Source of the DNA: Mycolicibacterium smegmatis
GTDB taxonomy: Bacteria; Actinomycetota; Actinomycetes; Mycobacteriales; Mycobacteriaceae
DNA length: 32,000 nt
Assembly (NCBI RefSeq): GCF_001457595.1
Contig: NZ_LN831039.1
Coordinates: forward strand, 1,680,001 to 1,712,000
Reading direction: 5' to 3'
In this document: piece by piece, positions 1 to 7,823 of the stretch
Layout: each line of letters starts with the position of its first letter
Position numbering within the stretch: the first letter of the stretch is position 1
Notes under the pieces: generated by a model
What the model was told of the DNA's origin: nothing
The model's database searches: none
Seen by the model: only the letters and a program-made list of their open reading frames with translations
Position numbers and translations under genes: made by a program

Positions 1-518
1 GGCCCGATGATCTCGCGCGCGCTTCTGGTGTGTTCGGGAGTCGTCAAGTAGGGATGTGCGCCGGCCGAGTGCTCGGCGGACAGCTGCAGCACCTTGGGGC
101 CGAGGGCGGCGACCACCCGGCGGTGCTTGGGCACGCCGTAGGAATCGAGCTTGTCGAGGTAATCGGTGAGCGCATCCAGCGGCTTGCGGTACTCGACGTG
201 CGCCTCGCGGTGCCCCACGCCGATCCCCAGCAGGAACCGCCCCGGATAGGCCGCCTCGATGCGGTGGAACGACTCGGCGACCGGACCCGGCGCGGCCGTC
301 CAGATGTTGACGATGCCGGTGGCCACCTGCAGCGTCGTCGTGGCCTCCAGAATCGGCTCGACCCACTCCAGTTCGGCGGGCGGTGAGCCGCCCACCCACA
401 CGGCGCCGTAGCCGAGCGCCTCGATCTCCTTGGCCTGCGCAGGTGTCACCCCGCGACCGAACGAACCGTACCTGCCCAGATCTGGTTTCGGCCCCGCCGC
501 CGAAGTGGTGTCAGTCAT
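1..518 (-). CDS. LLM-class (luciferase-like) F420-dependent oxidoreductase, N-terminal part; 3' end lies outside the window
   Basis: Absent from the ORF track because there is no stop in the window. My own minus-strand translation from the ATG at 518 gives MTDTTSAAGPKPDLGRYGSFGRGVTPAQAKEIEALGYGAVWVGGSPPAELEWVEPILEATTTLQVATGIVNIWTAAPGP...RFLLGIGVGHRE. It stays open to position 1 and resembles the actinobacterial F420-dependent LLM family by recollection. Confidence 0.55.
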   Translation of the reverse strand, partial: MTDTTSAAGPKPDLGRYGSFGRGVTPAQAKEIEALGYGAVWVGGSPPAELEWVEPILEATTTLQVATGIVNIWTAAPGPVAESFHRIEAAYPGRFLLGIGVGHREAHVEYRKPLDALTDYLDKLDSYGVPKHRRVVAALGPKVLQLSAEHSAGAHPYLTTPEHTRSAREIIG

Positions 519-569
519 GTCTGCCTCAACCCCGCCGCCTTCGCGCGGTATTCCGGTCACCGGGACATG

Positions 570-627
570 CCGAGATTGCACTCAGGGACAAAGTTCGCCT
601 CTTTTCTGTCCCTCACGGCAATCTCGG
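570..627 (-). terminator. Long imperfect hairpin downstream of the histidine kinase gene (candidate terminator, or 5' structure for the next gene)
   Basis: CCGAGATTGC (570-579) pairs with GCAATCTCGG (618-627), and AGGGACA (584-590) pairs with TGTCCCT (607-613). There is a 4x4 internal loop and a 16-nt apical loop. No U-tract follows on the minus strand. Confidence 0.35.
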
Positions 628-661
628 TGCGCAGACATGGGGCCGGCCGCGACAGACGGCG

Positions 662-2134
662 TCAGTTCGAGGAGTCGCCGTCGGGCGGTGGCGCCTGCAG
701 CGGCAGCAGCACCACGAAGCGGGTGTTGCCGGGCTCGGAGTACACCCGCAGATCCCCGTTGTGCTTCTCGACGACGATGCGCCACGCCAGGTCGAGGCCC
801 AGCCCGGTGCCCTCGCCGAACGGTTTGGTGGTGAAGAACGGCGTGAAGATGCGGTTGATGATGTCCTCGGGGATACCCGGGCCGTCATCGCAGATCTCGA
901 CGCGGATCATCTCGTCGTTCTCGCGCGCGGTGCGGATGGTCAGGGTGCCGTGACCGTCCATGGCCTGGATGGCGTTGTCGATGATGTTGGTCCAGACCTG
1001 GTTCAGATCGCCTGGGTAGCACTGCAATTCGGGCAGTGTCTTGTCCATGTCCTTGACCAGGGTGATGGGCTTGTCCTTGCCGATCTTGCCGCCGAACATC
1101 ATCAGCGTGCTTCGCAGCAACTCGTGCACGTCGGCGCTCTGGTAGGCGCCGCGGTCCATCTGCGAGTACTGCTTGGCCCCCGCGAGCAGCGCCGAGATGC
1201 GCCTGCTGGCCTCACCGATCTCGTTCATGCGCAACTCGGTGTCGATCGTGTACTTGAGCCACCCGAGCGCGGACTGCAGCGTCTTCGCACCGCACGTCTC
1301 GTCGTGGACGTCCTCGATGGATGCCGAGATCCGTTCCAGCCAGTCGATGTCGAGACCGGCCTCCACGAAGGTCGGCGCGTACTCCCACGCCATCGGGATG
1401 TTGTGGTCCTCGAGCCAGTCGCCGATCTGGTCCTCGCGGTCGGACGCCTCCAGCGCGGTGAGTTCGACGCTCTTGTTCTTGGCCACCTGCTCGGCGACCT
1501 CGTCCTGGATCGTCACGAGCACCCGCAGGGTCTCGGCGCTGAACTTGCCGTCGGCGAGCATCGCGAGCTTGTGGCGCATCTTGCCGACGCCCTCGCGCAG
1601 GTCCGCGACCGCGCGCGCGGTGGCGGCGGCGGGATTGTTGAGCTGATGTGTCAGGCCCGCGGTGATGGTGCCCAGCGCCAGGAGCTTCTCGCGCTGGCCG
1701 ATGATCTGGCTCTGCCGCCTGCCGCCGACCTTGTGCCCCTCCAGCAGATGCACGGCCATCGGGAACTGCGACTGCATGAACACCGCGAACGTGTCGGCGT
1801 CGAGCACGAAGATCCGCGACGGCTGCGTCAACCGGACCGAGGCCTCGTAGATGTGCTCCTCGCCGGGGATGTAGGCCGACCAGGCGCCGAAGTACACGCC
1901 GCGCTGCGAGGTGCGGTTGGTCTGGATGTCGACGCCGCCCGAGCGCTTCGACATCACCAGCTCGCCGTCGATCAACACGTAGAAGCAGGTCGCGGGCTCA
2001 CCTTCGGTGCAGACGGGCCCGGGCGGGAACTTCTCGATGCGGCCTGCCTCGCACAGCGTGTCGAGCTGCGCGTCGGTCAGATGCTCGAACAGGAAGAGGG
2101 TTCGCAGCTCGTCCCGTACACACAGCTCGCTCAT
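662..2134 (-). CDS. Cytoplasmic sensor histidine kinase with N-terminal cyclic-nucleotide-binding-like domain
   Basis: 490-aa ORF. The ATG at 2134 is preceded by GGAG with a 5-nt spacer. The cNMP-like barrel shows LFLFEHLTDAQL...CFYVLIDGELVM...YFGAWSAY. Kinase motifs are H-box GLTHQLNNPAAA, N-box VWTNIIDNAIQAM, G1 DDGPGIP and G2 GTGLGL. No transmembrane-length hydrophobic stretch. Confidence 0.85.
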   Translation of the reverse strand: MSELCVRDELRTLFLFEHLTDAQLDTLCEAGRIEKFPPGPVCTEGEPATCFYVLIDGELVMSKRSGGVDIQTNRTSQRGVYFGAWSAYIPGEEHIYEASVRLTQPSRIFVLDADTFAVFMQSQFPMAVHLLEGHKVGGRRQSQIIGQREKLLALGTITAGLTHQLNNPAAATARAVADLREGVGKMRHKLAMLADGKFSAETLRVLVTIQDEVAEQVAKNKSVELTALEASDREDQIGDWLEDHNIPMAWEYAPTFVEAGLDIDWLERISASIEDVHDETCGAKTLQSALGWLKYTIDTELRMNEIGEASRRISALLAGAKQYSQMDRGAYQSADVHELLRSTLMMFGGKIGKDKPITLVKDMDKTLPELQCYPGDLNQVWTNIIDNAIQAMDGHGTLTIRTARENDEMIRVEICDDGPGIPEDIINRIFTPFFTTKPFGEGTGLGLDLAWRIVVEKHNGDLRVYSEPGNTRFVVLLPLQAPPPDGDSSN

Positions 2135-2143
2135 TTGGGCTCC

Positions 2144-3835
2144 TTACGACTCGGCCAGGTAGCGGTGCACGAACATCACCGCCATCGACCCTTCGCCGAC
2201 CGCGGCGGCCACCCGTTTGGCGGACTCCGCACGCACATCTCCTGCAACAAACACACCGGGCACACTTGTTTCCAAGTGGTGCGGCGGACGTTCCAGCGTC
2301 CAACCGCACACGTCGCGCAGATCCGGCCCGGCCAGGATGAAACCGTGCTCGTCGCGCGCCACGACGCCGTCGAGCCACTCGGTGCGCGGCGTCGCACCGA
2401 TGAAGCAGCACAGCCGTGACGAGCGGACCTCTTCCTGCTCGCCCGTGCGTTTGTTCTCCAGCACCAGGCCCACCAGGTGGTCGTCCTCGCCGATGGCCTT
2501 CACGACCTCGGTGCACGTGCGGACGTGGATGTTGGGGGTGTCCTCGATCTGCTGGATCAGGTAATACGACATCGACGCTTCCAGCGACGGGCCGCGCACC
2601 AGCAGTGTCACCGAACGCGCGGTCCTGGCCATGAACATCGCGGCCTGACCCGCCGAGTTCGCACCGCCCACGATGTAGACGTCCTCGTCGCAGCACTCGG
2701 CGGCGTCGGACACCGAGGCGCCGTAGTACACGCCGCGGCCGATGAAGTTGACCGGGTTGTCGGGGTCGTCCCAGCACCCGGGCACCGGCAGCTGCCGGTA
2801 GTCGACGCCGGTCGCGAGGATGACCGCGCGGGCACCGATCGTGTCGCCGTCGGCGAAGGTGATGGTGCGCGCCGAGCCCGCGACCTCGAGCTTGACCGCC
2901 TCGCGCGTCGTGATCACCTCGGCGCCGAAGCGTTCGGCCTGCCGCCGCGCCGAGGTCGCCAACTCGGCACCCGAGATGCCGGTGGGGAAGCCCAGGTAGT
3001 TCTCGATGCGCGAGCTGCGGCTGGCCTGACCGCCGGTCGTGGTGCCCTCGATGAGCACGGTCTTGAGTCCCTCGGACGCGCCGTACACGGCCGCCGCCAG
3101 GCCCGCCGGGCCACCGCCGATGACCGCGAGGTCGTACATCGTCAACGACGGCGCGGTCGACAGGCCGAGCATGTCCGCGAGTTCGGCGTCGGTGGGTTCG
3201 ACCAGCGTGGTGCCGCCCTCGGTGATCACCACCGGCAGTTGCATGCCGTCGAGACCCGCGGCCTCCAGCAGTTGGCGGCCCTTGGGCTCGTCGGCGTTGA
3301 ACGCGCGGTACGTGTGCTGGTTGCGGGCCAGGAACTGGCGCACCTCCCATGAGCGCGGGCTCCACTGGTGCCCGATCACCTTGGTGTACGGGATGGCCCG
3401 GTCACCCGCGGCGTGCCAGGCCTCCAGCAGGCCGTCGATCACCGGGTAGAGCTTCTCCTCCGGCGGATCCCACGGCTTGAGCAGGTAGTGGTCGAGGTCG
3501 ACGACGTTGATCGCCGCGATCGCCGCGTTGGTGTCGGCGTACGCCGTCAGCAGCACCCGACGCGCCATCGGGTACAGGTCCATGGCCGACTCGAGGAACT
3601 CGATGCCGCTCATCTGCGGCATCCGGTAATCGGCGACGAACACCGCCACGGTGTCACCGCGCAGCTTGAGCTCGTGCAGCGTCTCCAGCGCGTCGGGACC
3701 CGACTCGGCACGAACGATGCGGTACCGCTCGCCGTAGTGCCTACGGAGGTCGCGTGCCACTGCCCGGGACACGGCGGGATCGTCGTCGACGGACAGGATC
3801 ACAGGTTTGCGGGGCTGGGGGGCGGGGCCAGTCAT
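2144..3835 (-). CDS. Fused response-regulator receiver / glutaredoxin-like / thioredoxin-reductase-like FAD-NAD(P)H oxidoreductase
   Basis: The track ORF (to 4150) has a 105-codon Arg/Pro/Ala-rich extension that overlaps the flotillin gene. The ATG at 3835 gives 563 aa starting MTGPAPQPRKPVILSVDDDP. Receiver motifs: SVDDDP, VADYRMPQMSG, LLTAY, LLKPW. FAD site GGGPAG, NAD(P)H site GGANSAG, and GVFVAGD. The stop lies 9 nt upstream of the kinase start. Confidence 0.85.
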   Translation of the reverse strand: MTGPAPQPRKPVILSVDDDPAVSRAVARDLRRHYGERYRIVRAESGPDALETLHELKLRGDTVAVFVADYRMPQMSGIEFLESAMDLYPMARRVLLTAYADTNAAIAAINVVDLDHYLLKPWDPPEEKLYPVIDGLLEAWHAAGDRAIPYTKVIGHQWSPRSWEVRQFLARNQHTYRAFNADEPKGRQLLEAAGLDGMQLPVVITEGGTTLVEPTDAELADMLGLSTAPSLTMYDLAVIGGGPAGLAAAVYGASEGLKTVLIEGTTTGGQASRSSRIENYLGFPTGISGAELATSARRQAERFGAEVITTREAVKLEVAGSARTITFADGDTIGARAVILATGVDYRQLPVPGCWDDPDNPVNFIGRGVYYGASVSDAAECCDEDVYIVGGANSAGQAAMFMARTARSVTLLVRGPSLEASMSYYLIQQIEDTPNIHVRTCTEVVKAIGEDDHLVGLVLENKRTGEQEEVRSSRLCCFIGATPRTEWLDGVVARDEHGFILAGPDLRDVCGWTLERPPHHLETSVPGVFVAGDVRAESAKRVAAAVGEGSMAVMFVHRYLAES

Positions 3836-3842
3836 CGGTTCA

Positions 3843-3848
3843 ATTATG
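3843..3848 (-). promoter_or_regulatory. Candidate -10 hexamer (CATAAT on the minus strand) 7 nt upstream of the ATG at 3835; possible leaderless transcript
   Basis: The minus strand reads GCGCATAATTGAACCGATG. No purine-rich SD lies between the hexamer and the ATG. The geometry is typical of mycobacterial leaderless genes. Confidence 0.25.
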
Positions 3849-3938
3849 CGCCCCCTGGCCAGCGAATTTCCTACTTGTTTCCAGTCGTCACCGGGAGCTA
3901 CCGAGTGCCCCGGGTCGGCACGCCGAGCCGCCGGCCGG

Positions 3939-5519
3939 CTACTCGGCCGGCGCGGTCGCCGCGATGTCGCCGTTGGTGGCAGGCGGCGTGGACACGTTGG
4001 ACCCGTTCGGGCCGGTCGACGCGCCGGAGCCGCCCAGCAGGGCAGCGACGTCGACGCCTGAGCTCTTGAGCGACTCGATGATCTTGGCGACGGCGAGCGG
4101 GCTGACGCCCAGCAAACCGCCCACGGCGTCCTGGGTGTCGCCGGAGCCACCGATGATCGACAGTCGCTCGATCTCGGCGAGCGGGGAGGCGGCCGCCTCG
4201 GTCGCTTTGACGACCGAATTGAGCACGTCGGGCAGCATCAGCAGGCGGGCCGCATCGGCCGTGTAGCTGTTGAGCGCCGCGGCTATCTCCTTCTTACCGT
4301 TGGCCTCGGCGAGCAGCTTGGCCTCGATACCGGCGGCCTCGGCTTGCTGCTCGACGCGCAGCGCGTCGGCGAGTTCCTTCTTACCTGCGGCCTCGGCGAC
4401 CAGGTTGGCCTGCAGCGAGTCGGCCTCGGCCTGACGCTCGACGCGCAGCGCGTCGGCGGCGGCCTTGCGGGCGTCGGCCTCGGCCTGACCGGCGCGGCGC
4501 TTGGCCTCCGCGGCGGCCTCGGCGGCCAGGATCGCGGCCTGGCGCTGGCCTTCGGCGCGGGCGACGTCGGCCTGGCGCTGCGCCTCGGCGGGCGCGATCA
4601 CGTCGGCCTGCAGTGCGGCCTGTGCCTGCTCGCTGCGGCGCTGCTCGACCTCGATGCGGGCCTGCACGCGCGCGGCCTCGGCCTGCTCGATCGCGATGCC
4701 GACGTCCTTCTGTGCGCGGGCGTTGGCCAGCGGGCCGGCCTGATCGGCCTGGGCGTTCTCGGCCTCGGTCTGTGCACGCAGGCGGGCGAGCTCGACGTCG
4801 CGTTTCTGGTTGGCCGACGCGATGGCGGTGTCGGCCTCGGCCTGGGCGATCGACCCTTCCTGACGGGCCTTGGCGGACTGGATCTGGGCGTCGCGTTCGG
4901 CCTCGGCGGTGCCGACGGTGGCGTCGCGCTTGACCTCGGCGATGCGCCGCTGACCCAGCGACTCCAGGTAGCCGTTGCGGTCGGAGATGCCCGCGATCTT
5001 GAGGACGTCGACCTCCATGCCGATGCGCGCCAGGTCGGCGCCGGCCTCCTCGACCACGCTGCGGGCCAGGGTGTCGCGGTTGGAGTTGAGGTCCTCGACG
5101 GTCATGGTCGCGGTGATGCCGCGGAGGCTTCCGGCCAGGATCTCGTTGATCTGGCGTTGCAGTTCGTTGAGGTCGGAGGTGAGGAAGCGCTGCACCGCGG
5201 TCTGCACGGCCTCGTCGGCCGAGCCGATGCGGACCAGGCCGACGGCCTCGACGTTGACCGGGACACCGTTGTTGGACAACGCGTTCTGCAGGTTGATGCT
5301 CACGTTGAACGGCTCGAGGCTCATGATGTCGACGCGCTCGATGCCGGGCATGCGGAAGCGGGCCCCGCCGCGCACGACCTTGGGTGCGCCGCGGCCGGTG
5401 AACACCGCGACCTCGTTCGGCGGCACCTTGATGTAGTTCTTGACGTAGATCAGTGGCACCACGACCAGGATCAGGATGGCCGCGATGGCGGCCAGGACGA
5501 CGATGAGCAGCGTGGACAC
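3939..5519 (-). CDS. Flotillin-like SPFH/band-7 protein with long Ala/Glu/Gln-rich coiled-coil region
   Basis: 526-aa ORF. The GTG start at 5519 is preceded by GAAAGG with an 8-nt spacer. It has an N-terminal TM (LLIVVLAAIAAILILVVVPLI), an SPFH core (VPPNEVAVFTGRG...GMEVDVLKI) and a flotillin-type EA-rich repeat region. Confidence 0.85.
   Translation of the reverse strand: MSTLLIVVLAAIAAILILVVVPLIYVKNYIKVPPNEVAVFTGRGAPKVVRGGARFRMPGIERVDIMSLEPFNVSINLQNALSNNGVPVNVEAVGLVRIGSADEAVQTAVQRFLTSDLNELQRQINEILAGSLRGITATMTVEDLNSNRDTLARSVVEEAGADLARIGMEVDVLKIAGISDRNGYLESLGQRRIAEVKRDATVGTAEAERDAQIQSAKARQEGSIAQAEADTAIASANQKRDVELARLRAQTEAENAQADQAGPLANARAQKDVGIAIEQAEAARVQARIEVEQRRSEQAQAALQADVIAPAEAQRQADVARAEGQRQAAILAAEAAAEAKRRAGQAEADARKAAADALRVERQAEADSLQANLVAEAAGKKELADALRVEQQAEAAGIEAKLLAEANGKKEIAAALNSYTADAARLLMLPDVLNSVVKATEAAASPLAEIERLSIIGGSGDTQDAVGGLLGVSPLAVAKIIESLKSSGVDVAALLGGSGASTGPNGSNVSTPPATNGDIAATAPAE
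4284..4457 (-). repeat. In-frame tandem duplication (2 x 87 bp, 29 aa) inside the flotillin coiled coil
   Basis: The units are 4284-4370 and 4371-4457. They encode ADALRVEQQAEAAGIEAKLLAEANGKKEI and ADALRVERQAEADSLQANLVAEAAGKKEL. The last 21 nt of each unit are identical (ctcgacgcgcagcgcgtcggc). Confidence 0.7.
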
Positions 5520-5543
5520 GGTGGTGGCCTTTCTACGGCTGGA

Positions 5544-6104
5544 TCAGGGCTCGGGTACTGCGACGACGTGGACCGAATCGGCGTCGATGTCGGCGATGTA
5601 GACGCGGGTGGATTTCGGCAGCGGCGTGGGTTCGTCGCTCTTGGCGCGGGAGAAGACGCGGTTGCCGTCGGCGTCGACGAACGACACCTCGCCCCATCCG
5701 CCCGCAGGGACTTCGAGGGTGACCGTGCCGAGCAGTCCTATGTAGGACGACCGGCCGCGGTGTGAGTTGGCCTGCTGCTTGCGCAGGTAGGGGAGCAGTG
5801 CGCCGTTGAGCACGAACGCCAGGCCCAGCGCGCTCGCGCCGGCGAGCAGGGCCGTGGGAACCGTGCCGAGCCCGCCCCAGATGCCGAGCAGGCCGCCGGT
5901 GCCCGCGCCGACCAGCGCAGCCGAGATGCCGGTGAGGCTCAGGAAGGGCATGCCGTCGCCGTGGCCGACGTCGGCGAGCAGCAGAGCGGTCAGAACGGAA
6001 ACGCCGCCGACGATGAACGCCGCCAAGTACACAGCCGTCACGTGTTGTCGTCTCCGGTCTCGCGTCGGGGCAGCGCGGTTCGAAACGGGCCGCTCACGGA
6101 CCAT
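5544..6104 (-). CDS. NfeD-like membrane protein (flotillin partner)
   Basis: 186-aa ORF directly upstream of the flotillin gene. It has hydrophobic helices, then a C-terminal OB-like segment GTVTLEVPAGGWGEVSFVDADGNRVFSRAKSDEP. The start is uncertain: ATG at 6104, or GTG at 6041 with GGAGA 9 nt upstream. Confidence 0.7.
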   Translation of the reverse strand: MVRERPVSNRAAPTRDRRRQHVTAVYLAAFIVGGVSVLTALLLADVGHGDGMPFLSLTGISAALVGAGTGGLLGIWGGLGTVPTALLAGASALGLAFVLNGALLPYLRKQQANSHRGRSSYIGLLGTVTLEVPAGGWGEVSFVDADGNRVFSRAKSDEPTPLPKSTRVYIADIDADSVHVVAVPEP

Positions 6105-6397
6105 GACCCCCGAGTCCGCGAGCGACGTGGCTCACTGCACACATTCTCTCGTGCCGACGGGCCACCTGTGCGCACTATTATTTTTCTGCGGTGCTGGCCA
6201 GCCGCGATTTCGGTGGATTTTGGCGATGGCCGATCAGCGGGTATTGTGGACCAACGGTGCGGTCTCCGTGCTGACTTTTTGCGTGCCCGTCCAGGAGTTC
6301 CTGGAATTCTGTCGATTCGGCTCACGTTCACAAGTCGGATGGATGCTGCGCCAGGCGGGCGCACGATACGAAACGAAAGCAAGGATCGCCAGACAGT

Positions 6398-6619
6398 ATG
6401 GCCAAGAAAGACGGTGCCATCGAGGTCGAGGGCCGCGTGATCGAACCTCTGCCCAATGCGATGTTCCGCATTGAGTTGGAGAACGGACACAAGGTTCTGG
6501 CCCACATCAGCGGCAAGATGCGGCAGCACTACATCCGCATCCTGCCCGAGGACCGCGTCGTGGTGGAGCTCTCTCCGTACGACCTGTCCCGGGGCCGCAT
6601 CGTGTACCGGTACAAGTGA
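6398..6619 (+). CDS. infA: Translation initiation factor IF-1
   Basis: 73 aa: [73 protein letters not shown]. Confidence 0.97.
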   Translation: MAKKDGAIEVEGRVIEPLPNAMFRIELENGHKVLAHISGKMRQHYIRILPEDRVVVELSPYDLSRGRIVYRYK

Positions 6620-6701
6620 CAACCAGCCCGACAAGGTAACGACGAGAACTTGGCGCGCTCTACAAGCGCGTCAACGAGAGATCAGAAGGATCGAAGAAGC
6701 C

Positions 6702-6815
6702 GTGAAGGTGAACCCGAGCGTCAAGCCCATCTGCGACAAGTGCAGGGTGATCCGCCGGCATGGGCGGGTCATGGTGATCTGCAGCGATCCGCGCCACAAG
6801 CAGCGGCAGGGCTGA
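6702..6815 (+). CDS. rpmJ: 50S ribosomal protein L36
   Basis: The GTG at 6702 gives 37 aa, (M)[36 protein letters not shown]. It lies inside a longer track ORF (6456-6815) whose upstream part is not L36-like. Confidence 0.93.
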
Positions 6816-7001
6816 TCCCCTCCGAGGGATCTCTGCCGTAGACGGCGAACGCTCACAACTGAATGCAGACCTCCCAGCGCCACTGAGTGGATAGGCCGCT
6901 CAGCACGTCCGGTACGGAGGCCGGACCCCGGAGAGTCCCTCAAGGGACTGTCGGGAACGGACTGGGAACAGACCTCCGCATAGAAGAAGGAATACCGCCA
7001 C

Positions 7002-7376
7002 ATGGCAAGGCTCGTGGGCGTCGATCTTCCGCGCGACAAGCGCATGGAGATCGCGCTGACCTACATCTACGGCATCGGCCGTACCCGCTCGAACGAGATT
7101 CTCGCTGCGACGGGCATCGACAAGAACATGCGCACCAAGGACCTGACCGACGATCAGGTGACTGTTCTGCGTGACTACATCGAAGGCAACCTCAAGGTCG
7201 AGGGTGACCTGCGCCGCGAAGTGCAGGCCGACATCCGCCGCAAGATCGAGATCGGTTGCTACCAGGGCCTGCGCCACCGCCGTGGCCTGCCCGTGCGTGG
7301 ACAGCGCACCAAGACCAACGCGCGCACCCGCAAGGGTCCGAAGCGCACCATCGCCGGCAAGAAGAAGGCCAGGTAA
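7002..7376 (+). CDS. rpsM: 30S ribosomal protein S13
   Basis: 124 aa: [39 protein letters not shown]... SD GAAGAAGGAA lies upstream. Confidence 0.97.
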
Positions 7377-7381
7377 TCCGG

Positions 7382-7798
7382 ATGGCACAGGCAAAGAAGG
7401 GCGGCACGGCCGCCAAGAAGGGTCAGAAGACCCGCCGCAGGGAAAAGAAGAACGTCCCGCACGGCGCCGCTCACATCAAGAGCACGTTCAACAACACGAT
7501 CGTGTCGATCACCGATCCCCAGGGCAACGTCATCGCCTGGGCGTCCTCGGGTCACGTGGGCTTCAAGGGCTCGCGTAAGTCCACCCCGTTCGCCGCGCAG
7601 CTGGCCGCCGAGAACGCTGCCCGCAAGGCGCAGGAGCACGGTGTGAAGAAGGTCGACGTGTTCGTCAAGGGCCCGGGTTCGGGCCGTGAGACCGCCATCC
7701 GCTCGCTGCAGGCCGCAGGCCTCGAGGTGGGCACGATCTCCGATGTCACCCCGCAGCCGCACAACGGTTGCCGTCCGCCGAAGCGGCGCCGGGTCTAA
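7382..7798 (+). CDS. rpsK: 30S ribosomal protein S11
   Basis: The ATG at 7382 gives 138 aa, [57 protein letters not shown]... The track ORF start at 7256 overlaps rpsM and is rejected. Confidence 0.95.
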
Positions 7799-7823
7799 GA
7801 GAGAGTCAGGAGAGGAATAACAA

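Noticed and set aside
383-2419. A 678-aa plus-strand ORF, together with overlapping ORFs such as 1998-3365 (-) and 2477-3352 (+).
   Set aside because: These ORFs are antisense or out of frame relative to the kinase and receiver/flavoenzyme genes, which carry clear domain motifs. Their translations are Arg/Gly/Pro/Ala/Val-rich low-complexity sequences typical of non-coding frames in high-GC DNA.
3836-4150. N-terminal 105-codon extension of the receiver/flavoenzyme ORF.
   Set aside because: The extension is Arg/Pro/Ala-rich and overlaps the 3' end of the flotillin gene by about 200 nt. The conserved receiver domain starts right after the ATG at 3835, which also has a leaderless-type promoter geometry.
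4344-5765. A 473-aa plus-strand ORF antisense to the flotillin and NfeD genes.
   Set aside because: It mirrors the GC-rich Ala/Glu repeat region. Its translation is a Gly/Leu/Asp/Ala/Val low-complexity sequence with no recognisable domain.
6291-6304. Palindrome CCAGGAGTTCCTGG, with an adjacent GAATTC, in the 293-bp NfeD/infA divergent region.
   Set aside because: The arms are short (6 bp) with a 2-nt spacer, and there is no second copy or supporting context. This could easily arise by chance.
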